Of a DNA stretch of 64,000 bases, positions 7,765-16,410 are shown one piece after another. Under the pieces are notes generated by a model that made no database searches, had not been told where the DNA came from, and saw only the letters and a list, made by a program, of their open reading frames with translations. Each line of letters starts with the position of its first letter. Within the stretch, counting starts at the first letter, position 1. This DNA is from a virus: IMG/VR virus record IMGVR_UViG_3300032242_001280. One strand, written 5' to 3'. Made by a program: the position numbers and the translations under genes.

Positions 7765-10700
7765 TTACATTATTCTTAGGCTAGTAGTTTCTGTATGGGT
7801 AGCCACGCTGCTAGTCAAACTAATTAATTCAGCTACTTGGCGATTTAAAATTTCAAGTAACTCATCTGTTCTAGGTTCACGAACCATCAACTCTTCCACT
7901 GGTGTAACCTTAGTTACAAGATTATCCATAGACTCTTTTGTTCCTGTGTTATTTTCAAGAAGCTTTGAAAACTGTTCAATTAAAGTATTGCTTAGACTTG
8001 AAAGATCACTGCCAAAACTAGAGATATTTTCAGATATAGTTGTATCTGGGTTTTGTGGAACTGTATCATCAACTTTCTTTTGAACAAATGGGTCAAAAAT
8101 ATGGTTAATAGAATCAATATAACTGCTTATAGTGTTTTCATTGTTTGTATTTGGATCAGTTTGTGTATCATCTAAAAACTTACTAAACATATCACCAGTT
8201 ACACTGCTTGATTTAGTAAAATCAGCTAGTGATCCAGTTTGTTCCATAATAGATTTCATCAATGAATCCATGCCATCACTAATTGGAGCCACTGCGTTAG
8301 TAAACGAATCAGTTAATTCTGGCATTTGCTGAAGCAACATCGCAGTAGATGCATCAGTAGCTTGGCTACCGCTTGCGATAAGTTCCTTGATTGAACCACT
8401 AATGCTGCCTGACATATTGCTAACAAGTGTAGAGATATCGCCAGAGTTTATGCCAGAACTATCAGTAATCATTTTTGATATCTGATCTTGTATAGTAGCA
8501 GCTTGTTCTTTGCTTTGTGTTATCAGTGCAGAGATGCTATCCGTTGGGTTATTCGCAACCATCATCGATGAAATAGCATCTGTAATCTGTGTTGCGCCAT
8601 AAGTCATAGGGTCTACTGCGTTTTCATCTGGGGTAACCTTTGGTGCTAATGTAGGAACAATATCTACAAACCTAGTAATCTGTGATTTAATTGCATCAAA
8701 TGAAGATGCAGTATCGCTATCTTTTTTAACTAATGGATCAAATGCACGGTTAGCAGATTCTATATAACCGTGAATGGATTCAACTGTTGACTTTGCAAAA
8801 TTTGTCATAGCTGAACTTATAGTGTTAACACTACTAGAAAAATCATTTATTCCAGTAGTAAGAGGAGTAAATGATGAAGTCATAGAACCTGTCAGCGAAT
8901 TTAACGAATCTTGTGATATTTTAGTATCACTATTACTTGGTGTAACTGCAGGTTTATCTTTATTTGATAGCGCACCAATTGCTACTTCAAGAAGTTGTTT
9001 AAAACTATCACCAGTCATTCCTGCTGGTAGCGGTATTACTGTTTCAGTGCCATGCAGTTTACTAAAGAATCCTTCTGCGCTGCCACTAAGAATGTTACCG
9101 CCAGCACTTCCACTGCCACCAAATATACTATTCCAAAATGCTTTAACTGGCCCAGAAATTAATCCACTTGATTCATCATCTTTAGTTTTTTCACTATCAG
9201 GTTTATGTTCAGTTCCTCGTATTAGTGCATCATAAACAGGCGTCATTGACTGTTCGTGATCTCCAAAAAGCCTCATTAAACCAGTTATTGGAACCGAAAT
9301 AACATCTGCTGTGGCGGCGATCATTTTTTCACCAATGCCAGCATTTGCCTCATTTTTAGCCGCTTCTTCTTGTGTGACCTTGCCACTTACCGCTTCGGTG
9401 CCTTTGCCGCGAACAAGTGCATCATAAACAGGTGTCATTGATTGTTCGCGGTCACCAAATAGTTTTATTAAACCAGTAACTGGCATTAATATAGTATCTG
9501 CAACAGCAGTAGCAGCTTTAGTTACTACACTAGTATCTGCTTCTTTTTCTGCACCTTTTTTATTTTCTTGTTCTTCTTTAGATTTTTGCTCTGCTGTTTT
9601 TGTTTTACCAAGAAATGCAGATGCTGTTTCATCAAATGATTTCATTAACCCCAAAGTAGCGGTATTCATAAAACCCATTGTTTCAAGCAATTTACCAGAG
9701 CCAATCATAGTTCCTGCTAAATCTTGCATGGCAATCTTAGTTGCCATACCTTGTTCTTGAAATTTACCAAGTGCATCGGTAACTTTATCAGTAGTTGCTG
9801 CTTGTTTGTTTAATGCATCTTCTGAAATTTTTAATTCTTCATGCTTTGCAGCAATCAATCCTTCATTTCTAATCTGCAGCAAACCTTCAGCAACTTCTTT
9901 TTCTGCACCGCCCATAACACTAGCAGCAGTAGCAAAATCACCAGTTCCTTTGATTTGTTGTTGTAAAGCATCGCCAAATTGAGCTTTAAGCTGGGCACCA
10001 CTATCAGCAACCAATTTACCATTAGTTGCCATATCATACATTTGACGAGCCATTTCAGCAGTAGCTGGCGCTTGCTGAGCAATCATGTTTAGTCGTTCGC
10101 TGGTAATATTACCGCCACTAACAACCATTTCGCGCACCATATCTGCAATAGGTGGCGCAACTTGTTTCATATTATTTTCTAATAACTGCGCATTTTCTTG
10201 CCCCATTGCGGCGGCTTTTAGTTGAAATGCCAAATCTTGATTTTTTCTATCTACTTCGTCGCTTCTAGCTTTAGCATCTTCGCCAGTGATTTCAGCAATT
10301 AATCTTAAATTCTTTGCATAGTCTGCAGTTGCTTGTGCTACTTGAGTATCACTTGCTCCGCCAGCTTTTGTTAATTTTGCACCAACAGTTGCAATCATTC
10401 CTGGTATTTCTTCTACAGAATATCCAAGATTGAGCAATTGTTTTTCTAGTCCACTACTTTTTAATGTTTGGTTAACATTTGCAAGGCGCTTAATGCCATT
10501 TTGCATACTGCCACCAAATATTTCTAAACTTCCTTGATTTTCTTTAACTACTTTACTAAATGTACCAAGGTCTATTCCAGCGTCTTTTGCTGCAAGTCGC
10601 ATCCCAGTAACGCCATTAGAAAACAAAGCACCAGCACTGCTTGATGTAACGAGACTGTTTTGATACATGCGTAGTTCATCAAGAACAATTGGCATAACCT

Positions 10701-11376
10701 TGCCAGCTATTTCTTTAAATTGATCAGCTACTGCACTTGTTGCTCCGCCAAGTACACTAACAATTGTACCAATGCCAGAAACAAAAACATTGCCACTTTG
10801 TGCCATTTTGTCGCCAACAAAAGAAATTCCTTTGCCAACCTTGCTTGCAGTACCAGCTAGAGCATCAATACCTGCTGCACCAGTAGTTAATCCCATCTCA
10901 AAACCACTGCTAGCAGACTGATAACTTTTTGTCAATGCTAGAGTAAAGTTTCCAACACTAGAAGCAACACTTGTAAATGACTTTGTTACAGTACTTGTTA
11001 ACACATTGTTTAATAAAATAAATGAATCGGTTACTTTAGTTTGATTTTGAATATAAACATCAAAGTTTTTTTCAAATCCAGGCGGAATAGCACTTCTGAC
11101 TTCATCATTTAATAATTTTAAACTAGCCCTAGTTTCTTCTGTAGTTCTCTTGCCTTCTCGCTGAGATTTTAAAATTTCTTGTTCGCGTTCTTTGCGATCC
11201 TTCATTACACGATTAAACTGTTTGGTAATTTCAGCTTCATCTCTTATGCCGTTTTTTGCAAGTTCAGTTACTTTTTTCAAAGATTCTAGGCTGTCACCGA
11301 TACCACCAAATCTATTGCCCAATTCACCTAGCTGTTTTGAAAAAATTTCATAGTCTGCATCACTTATTACTGACAT
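7765..11376 (-). CDS. Tail tape-measure protein
   Basis: 1203-aa helical A/G/S/T-rich protein with a GG...LHGTExVIPL motif; divergent from gp26/gp51. Confidence 0.7.
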   Translation of the reverse strand: MSVISDADYEIFSKQLGELGNRFGGIGDSLESLKKVTELAKNGIRDEAEITKQFNRVMKDRKEREQEILKSQREGKRTTEETRASLKLLNDEVRSAIPPGFEKNFDVYIQNQTKVTDSFILLNNVLTSTVTKSFTSVASSVGNFTLALTKSYQSASSGFEMGLTTGAAGIDALAGTASKVGKGISFVGDKMAQSGNVFVSGIGTIVSVLGGATSAVADQFKEIAGKVMPIVLDELRMYQNSLVTSSSAGALFSNGVTGMRLAAKDAGIDLGTFSKVVKENQGSLEIFGGSMQNGIKRLANVNQTLKSSGLEKQLLNLGYSVEEIPGMIATVGAKLTKAGGASDTQVAQATADYAKNLRLIAEITGEDAKARSDEVDRKNQDLAFQLKAAAMGQENAQLLENNMKQVAPPIADMVREMVVSGGNITSERLNMIAQQAPATAEMARQMYDMATNGKLVADSGAQLKAQFGDALQQQIKGTGDFATAASVMGGAEKEVAEGLLQIRNEGLIAAKHEELKISEDALNKQAATTDKVTDALGKFQEQGMATKIAMQDLAGTMIGSGKLLETMGFMNTATLGLMKSFDETASAFLGKTKTAEQKSKEEQENKKGAEKEADTSVVTKAATAVADTILMPVTGLIKLFGDREQSMTPVYDALVRGKGTEAVSGKVTQEEAAKNEANAGIGEKMIAATADVISVPITGLMRLFGDHEQSMTPVYDALIRGTEHKPDSEKTKDDESSGLISGPVKAFWNSIFGGSGSAGGNILSGSAEGFFSKLHGTETVIPLPAGMTGDSFKQLLEVAIGALSNKDKPAVTPSNSDTKISQDSLNSLTGSMTSSFTPLTTGINDFSSSVNTISSAMTNFAKSTVESIHGYIESANRAFDPLVKKDSDTASSFDAIKSQITRFVDIVPTLAPKVTPDENAVDPMTYGATQITDAISSMMVANNPTDSISALITQSKEQAATIQDQISKMITDSSGINSGDISTLVSNMSGSISGSIKELIASGSQATDASTAMLLQQMPELTDSFTNAVAPISDGMDSLMKSIMEQTGSLADFTKSSSVTGDMFSKFLDDTQTDPNTNNENTISSYIDSINHIFDPFVQKKVDDTVPQNPDTTISENISSFGSDLSSLSNTLIEQFSKLLENNTGTKESMDNLVTKVTPVEELMVREPRTDELLEILNRQVAELISLTSSVATHTETTSLRIM
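9226..9500 (-). repeat. Internal duplication in the tape measure (189-bp period)
   Basis: PVTGLIKLFGDREQSMTPVYDALVRG versus PITGLMRLFGDHEQSMTPVYDALIRG; AGTGCATCATAAACAGG occurs twice. Confidence 0.85.
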
Positions 11377-11403
11377 TTTAATTTCACCGTTTTTTTCACT
11401 TGT

Positions 11404-11434
11404 TAAATACTATTAGAGTGTCAATTATTATTTA
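11404..11434. promoter_or_regulatory. Face-to-face late promoter cores
   Basis: TAAATA on + at 11404-11409 (towards gp26) and on - at 11434-11429 (towards tape measure). Confidence 0.6.
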
Positions 11435-11448
11435 TGGAAGTAAAAAAC

Positions 11449-12303
11449 ATGCAATCAATGAATCTAGCAGGTAACCCACTAAGTGGGCATTTTCGTCAAC
11501 CTAGTATCTTTGTTAAGCTGCCAAGCGGCGGAAGATATTGGGCACCACAAAGTTTAAATTTACCAGCCAACGGCGAAGTTGGTGTGATGCCAATGACAGC
11601 CAAAGATGAAATTATGTTGCGCACACCAGACGCACTAATGAATGGACAAGGGATTGTCACTGTAATTCAAAGTTGCTGCCCTGCCATTGTCAACGCATGG
11701 GGAATGCCTACAGTTGATGTAGATACGCTGTTAATAGCAATTCGTATTGCTACCTATGGCGATAAGATGGATATGGACAGCGATTGTCCTAATTGCAAGC
11801 ATGATAATCGTCACCAGTTAGAACTTGGTCCTGTTCTTATGAAGGTTCGTTCACCTGATTATGATAAGACAGTTGAAGTTGATGGTTTAACAATTAAATT
11901 TAAACCTACTAACTATCTACAAGGCACAAAAAATAACATTGCTAGCTTTGAAGAACAAAAGATTATTCAGTTACTGAACAACGAAGACCTTGACGCTGAC
12001 ACTCGTAAAGCACAATTTGATGTGCATCTTAATAAGATCATTGACAGCAACACTAATATTTTAAGCATGAGCACAGAAAGTATTACTACTGAAAGCGGCG
12101 ATATTGTTACAGATAGAGCTTTTATAAGCGAGTTTTATACAAATACTAGTAACAAAAATATTAAAGCAGTTCAAGCAAAACTCAAAGATATTAGTGAAAC
12201 AGCAGGACTACCGCCAGCAAGAGTTAAATGTGAGGAATGTAGTACTGAATATAATGTTGCAGTTACATTTGATTACGCAAATTTTTTCGAGCCACTATCC
12301 TAA
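11449..12303 (+). CDS. gp26: Baseplate hub/tail assembly chaperone, gp26-like
   Basis: Motifs NPLSGHFRQP..LPSGG, PMTAKDE, AIRIATYG and two CxxC pairs; ends ANFFEPLS. Start 11449 (after GGAAG) preferred over 11434. Confidence 0.8.
   Translation: MQSMNLAGNPLSGHFRQPSIFVKLPSGGRYWAPQSLNLPANGEVGVMPMTAKDEIMLRTPDALMNGQGIVTVIQSCCPAIVNAWGMPTVDVDTLLIAIRIATYGDKMDMDSDCPNCKHDNRHQLELGPVLMKVRSPDYDKTVEVDGLTIKFKPTNYLQGTKNNIASFEEQKIIQLLNNEDLDADTRKAQFDVHLNKIIDSNTNILSMSTESITTESGDIVTDRAFISEFYTNTSNKNIKAVQAKLKDISETAGLPPARVKCEECSTEYNVAVTFDYANFFEPLS
12279..12288 (+). other. Putative -1 ribosomal frameshift slippery site A AAT TTT TTC
   Basis: XXXYYYZ heptamer in the gp26 frame; the -1 frame is open from 12273 through the gp51-like ORF. 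Confidence 0.65.
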
Positions 12304-12323
12304 ACCTTTCGCATGAAGAGGTA

Positions 12324-12518
12324 ATGGCACTGGTGGAGAGATACGAAAGTGATGTAAGAAGCATTAAGAAGAATATTCTTAAAATGTGCTGGCATATGCG
12401 TGGTGGTATCTCTTACGAAGAAGCAATGATGATGTCTGGACAAGAACGAGATATTATTGCCAAGATCATTGAGGATAACCTTGAGACCACTAAGAAGAGT
12501 GGTTTGCCTTACTTCTGA
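12324..12518 (+). CDS. gp51: gp51-like baseplate hub assembly protein, probably the C-terminal part of a frameshift fusion
   Basis: CWHMRGGISYEEAMMMSGQER motif; follows gp26. Confidence 0.7.
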   Translation: MALVERYESDVRSIKKNILKMCWHMRGGISYEEAMMMSGQERDIIAKIIEDNLETTKKSGLPYF

Positions 12519-12536
12519 TTTATTATCGGAGTTTTA

Positions 12537-12597
12537 TAATCACCTTCGGTGATTAGTTCAGGAGCTATCGCTCCTTCACCTTTTTTCATTTCTTTTT
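12537..12597 (+). terminator. Tandem hairpins plus T-rich tract (probable terminator zone between convergent units)
   Basis: TAATCACC-TTC-GGTGATTA (12537-12555) and AGGAGC-TATC-GCTCCT (12560-12575), followed by T runs. Confidence 0.5.
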
Positions 12598-12599
12598 AA

Positions 12600-12930
12600 C
12601 GATCAATCTTTTGCATTTCATATAGATTGATGTTTTCATATAGACTCCATTTCTGGAGTCTATAGATTAATAACACTTCATATGAGTATCAGTAATCACA
12701 TTAACAAGAAGAACTCGTGTAATTGAGCGGGGCGGTTGGCCTGTACCCCTTTAATCTAGTAGACTATTCCAGCGGATCAACATATTGCCCTTGTTAACGA
12801 ACAATATCTTGCTGTGGTTGCTTTTTCTCAGAGCCACAATCATTTTTTGTGCTTTGTCCCAATAGGCCAGCAATGAACGGAGTGCTGTCAACCTTCTAAC
12901 GGTATATATGGGGGGACTGTCAGTGCCAAA
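12600..12930 (-). ncRNA. Candidate structured ncRNA of unassigned family
   Basis: ORF-free, with multiple helices including an 11-bp stem with GAAA loop, a G-U-containing stem and a potential pseudoknot; these favour the minus strand. Confidence 0.6.
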
Positions 12931-12935
12931 ATTGC

Positions 12936-13601
12936 CTAATGTGCCTGTTTTTGCGCTACTACGAAGTAACCTGTGTTATCTGAGCCAGTCTCTAATTTCT
13001 TTATGTTAAAAAAATTGCCTTCTTTGCCTTTTATATATAAGAACGATTTGCCATCAATTTCAATTACATATTCATAGTGTATTAATATAGTATAGCCATA
13101 TTTGCCAAGTAATTCAATAAGTTTTTCTTCAGGTAATTTACTAATGTATGTATCTTTTTTTATGTCTTCTGCAAAAATAAATTCAGCAGTTTGTTTTTTT
13201 AAAACATATTCAAAATCAACCAGTGGTAACACCTGTGAACACCATAATGTATCATATTTTAATTTTTTGTCAATAAAATCTTCTAATTTTATTTGATGAT
13301 CAACTACATTTATTGTTATTTTTTTATTTTTTAAAAAATAAAATTTATTTTTAAGCCATTTTTTTTGAAAATCAAAATATTTTTTATTAGGTTCAACTGA
13401 ATAAACTGTGTTTGTTTTACAAAAATCAAAAAAAGGTATAAATCGTCCTAGGCCGCTGCCGCCGTCAACTATTATTTTATTTTTTAAAATATTATTAATA
13501 ACATTAATTTTTGAAAGTTTTACAAAAAAATCTAATGAGATATTTGAAAAAAACGCATCATCGATGCCTTGTATATTAAACGGTTGAGTTAATTGGGTCA
13601 T
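12936..13601 (-). CDS. Class I SAM-dependent methyltransferase-like protein
   Basis: IVDGGSGLGRF (motif I), VYSVEPN (motif II), KYDTLWC; extremely AT-rich. Confidence 0.7.
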   Translation of the reverse strand: MTQLTQPFNIQGIDDAFFSNISLDFFVKLSKINVINNILKNKIIVDGGSGLGRFIPFFDFCKTNTVYSVEPNKKYFDFQKKWLKNKFYFLKNKKITINVVDHQIKLEDFIDKKLKYDTLWCSQVLPLVDFEYVLKKQTAEFIFAEDIKKDTYISKLPEEKLIELLGKYGYTILIHYEYVIEIDGKSFLYIKGKEGNFFNIKKLETGSDNTGYFVVAQKQAH

Positions 13602-14705
13602 TTAACTTCTATCTTTAATAAAATACTGGTTACTCATAACAGTTTGAGATATTAGTGAACCATGGCTTCTCATCACATTTAACCCATCAGTGTATATCTT
13701 AAAAATTTTATCCTCACTGTCTTTTATGTGATTATAATAAGAAAGTGTATCTGGTGATTTTTCATCGTTGCTAGAAAATAATTTATGTGTGCCATCAATG
13801 CTACTTATATGACTATGTAGCAGTTTGCATCTGCCCATAGCCAAATTCCAATCTTTATAGTACCTAGTATTAACGCCATTGCCTAATCTATTCTTGCCTT
13901 GTATAGCATGTACTAATCCGCCTGTCAATATTTTAAGTGATTCAAACCAACGAATTACCATATGACACTGTTTTATATGTAATTGCGGCAAATCGCTGCT
14001 ATAATAAAAATTTTCTTGGTCTGCTCCCATGAAATCAACGCCCATGTTGTCTGAACAAAACCCATACCATTTGCCATCTCGCAGTAACACTCTTGCTTTA
14101 TCAATGCCCATTATATCGCCACGAATACCTTTTTTATAACTTGCTTTCAAAAAATCATCCATAACCGTTGTAGCAAATATTCTGCTAGTCTTGCTGATTT
14201 TTAAGCTACAACTTGGGTGATAAATCCAGTCGCTGCCAAACTTACTATAAAAATTTTCTATAGCTTTAGATTCAACACGCACTACATTGATTTTTAAATT
14301 AGGATAATATGTATTTTTTATATAGTTGGCGTGTAATATAGCAACTTCAACTTCAGGATCATCAAAGAAATCACGACGATCATATATTAGTAATTCATCT
14401 AACAATATGTTGTTATCTACAAACGCACGAAGAATAGTATGACTATCATAGCCACTGCTGTACCATAGTGCCAAATAAGTATACTTGTCACGAACTTGTT
14501 GACAGCGAGTACGCATCAACTCACTCCAAGTTTCTTGCGGTTCCGCAGTCCAGTCTACCTTTGACCAAGTATCTTCCATCCAGTTAAATTGAATGTTGTT
14601 AAAATTTCCATTAGCTAATTCAATAGCACGAATTTTACTATATTCAATCGTATTTCCGTTGACTAGATAATAACTTTCGTTATTAGATATATGAAATTTG
14701 CTCAC
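13602..14705 (-). CDS. PP-loop/adenine-nucleotide alpha-hydrolase-like (asparagine synthetase-like) protein, paralogue 2
   Basis: LALWYSSGYDSHTIL, a variant of the SGGxDS PP-loop. Confidence 0.65.
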   Translation of the reverse strand: MSKFHISNNESYYLVNGNTIEYSKIRAIELANGNFNNIQFNWMEDTWSKVDWTAEPQETWSELMRTRCQQVRDKYTYLALWYSSGYDSHTILRAFVDNNILLDELLIYDRRDFFDDPEVEVAILHANYIKNTYYPNLKINVVRVESKAIENFYSKFGSDWIYHPSCSLKISKTSRIFATTVMDDFLKASYKKGIRGDIMGIDKARVLLRDGKWYGFCSDNMGVDFMGADQENFYYSSDLPQLHIKQCHMVIRWFESLKILTGGLVHAIQGKNRLGNGVNTRYYKDWNLAMGRCKLLHSHISSIDGTHKLFSSNDEKSPDTLSYYNHIKDSEDKIFKIYTDGLNVMRSHGSLISQTVMSNQYFIKDRS

Positions 14706-15808
14706 TTGTATACTCTATCTCGCAGATAATACTGCTTACTTAAAATTGTATTTTCAATGGCATTTCCATAACTTCTCATTCTTTTTAAACCGTCGTCATA
14801 TATTTTAAAAATTTTCTTTTCATTTTCTTTTATATGATTAAAATAGTTAATAAAATCTGGAGATTTTTCATCATTTGTGTGAAAAAATTTATGAGTTCCA
14901 TCAATACTAGTAATATTACTATGCATTAGCTTACACCTGCCCATTGCTAAATTCCAATCTTCATAGTGTTTTGTATGTATTCCGCCTAGTTTTCTATCTT
15001 TGCCTTGAATGTTATGCACTAGATTCCTTGTTAACTCTGGTAAACTTTCAAACCAATCAATTACCATATGGCATTGTTTTATATGAAGTTGCGGTAAGTC
15101 ATTGCTATAGTAAAAATTTTCTTGATTTGTTCCCATAAAATCATATGCGCTGCTATCTGAGCAAAATGCGTACCATTTACCGTTGCTTAGCAATACTTTT
15201 GCTTTATCAATACCCATTATATCGCCACGGATGCCCTTCTTATAGCTTGCACTTAAAAAATCATCCATAACAGTAGTAGCAAAAACTCTGCTTGTTTTAC
15301 TAATTTTTAAACTATAACCTGGATGGTATACCCAGTCTTCACCAAATTTATTATAAAAATTTTCTATTGAAGATGCATTGCTGCGAACAACATTAATTTT
15401 TAAATTAGGATAATATGTATTTTTTATATAATTTGCATGAGTAATTGCAACCGCAACTTCAGGGTCGTCAAAGAAATCACGGCGATCATATATTAGTAAT
15501 TCATCTAATAATATATCATTGTCAACGAAAGCACGAAGGATGGTGTGACTATCATAACCGCTGCTATACCATAGCGCCAAATAGGTATACTTGTCACGAA
15601 TTTGTTGACAACGGGTGCGCAAAAGTTCGCTCCACGATTCTTTTGGATCAATTGTCCAATCTATATTGGCCCAAGTATTTTCCATCCAACTAAATTGAAT
15701 TTTATTTAAATCGCCGTTAGCTAATTCAATAGCACGAAGTTTACTATATTCAATAGTATTATTGACTAGATAATAGCTATCATCATTGAATATATGAAAC
15801 TTAGTCAA
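14702..15808 (-). CDS. PP-loop/adenine-nucleotide alpha-hydrolase-like protein, paralogue 1
   Basis: Same motif; colinear with and highly similar to 13602-14705. Confidence 0.65.
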   Translation of the reverse strand: MTKFHIFNDDSYYLVNNTIEYSKLRAIELANGDLNKIQFSWMENTWANIDWTIDPKESWSELLRTRCQQIRDKYTYLALWYSSGYDSHTILRAFVDNDILLDELLIYDRRDFFDDPEVAVAITHANYIKNTYYPNLKINVVRSNASSIENFYNKFGEDWVYHPGYSLKISKTSRVFATTVMDDFLSASYKKGIRGDIMGIDKAKVLLSNGKWYAFCSDSSAYDFMGTNQENFYYSNDLPQLHIKQCHMVIDWFESLPELTRNLVHNIQGKDRKLGGIHTKHYEDWNLAMGRCKLMHSNITSIDGTHKFFHTNDEKSPDFINYFNHIKENEKKIFKIYDDGLKRMRSYGNAIENTILSKQYYLRDRVYK

Positions 15809-16400
15809 CCAATCCTAGTCCTTCAACACTGTTTAATCCTACTTGAATAGAGATTCGTGGACTAGGAATGTTTCGAACACCATGTAATATACGAGTTTGA
15901 ATAACAGTCCATGTTCGTAGCGGTATCTGGAAACTTTCAACGATATCTAATAAACTGTGATCGTTACAGCGGTCGCCATTGTTTCGCATAAGTGGTTTGC
16001 CGCGCTCATGGTAAAACACTGTCTTGTGATCCTCGCCACCGCCGTCAAGCAAATAAATTAAGCTATAATTACGGCTTAAATCACAATGTGCGCCATTTGT
16101 ATCCTTGCCATCTTTGCCTGTATCTGCCTTGGCAATACGAATATTCACTACACTTTTATCTGTAATATTAGCATATACCCAATCTCGCATCTCATCATCT
16201 AAACTATATGCTAAGTTTGGCGCATTAATTTTCTTAACACCATCGACGATAATAGTGTCAGTGGTAATTTTATTCCAATCTATTTGCCGTTTACCCTGTG
16301 GCATTTGTTCTAATTTTGTATCCATTTGTGCATATGCACGATCAATTAAGTGTTGCGGAACATGCGGCAAATCTTGTAAAATTTTATAAAACCAAGTCAT
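15801..16400 (-). CDS. 2OG-Fe(II) oxygenase-like (DSBH) protein
   Basis: HxD (GAHCD), YSLIYLL strand, distal H (ILHGV) and RxS (PRISIQ). Confidence 0.7.
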   Translation of the reverse strand: MTWFYKILQDLPHVPQHLIDRAYAQMDTKLEQMPQGKRQIDWNKITTDTIIVDGVKKINAPNLAYSLDDEMRDWVYANITDKSVVNIRIAKADTGKDGKDTNGAHCDLSRNYSLIYLLDGGGEDHKTVFYHERGKPLMRNNGDRCNDHSLLDIVESFQIPLRTWTVIQTRILHGVRNIPSPRISIQVGLNSVEGLGLVD

Positions 16401-16410
16401 AATAATTCCT

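Noticed and set aside
13602-15808. Lasso peptide or other RiPP cluster
   Set aside because: No leader peptidase, RRE or plausible precursor is visible, and the ABC system is importer-type with a binding protein.
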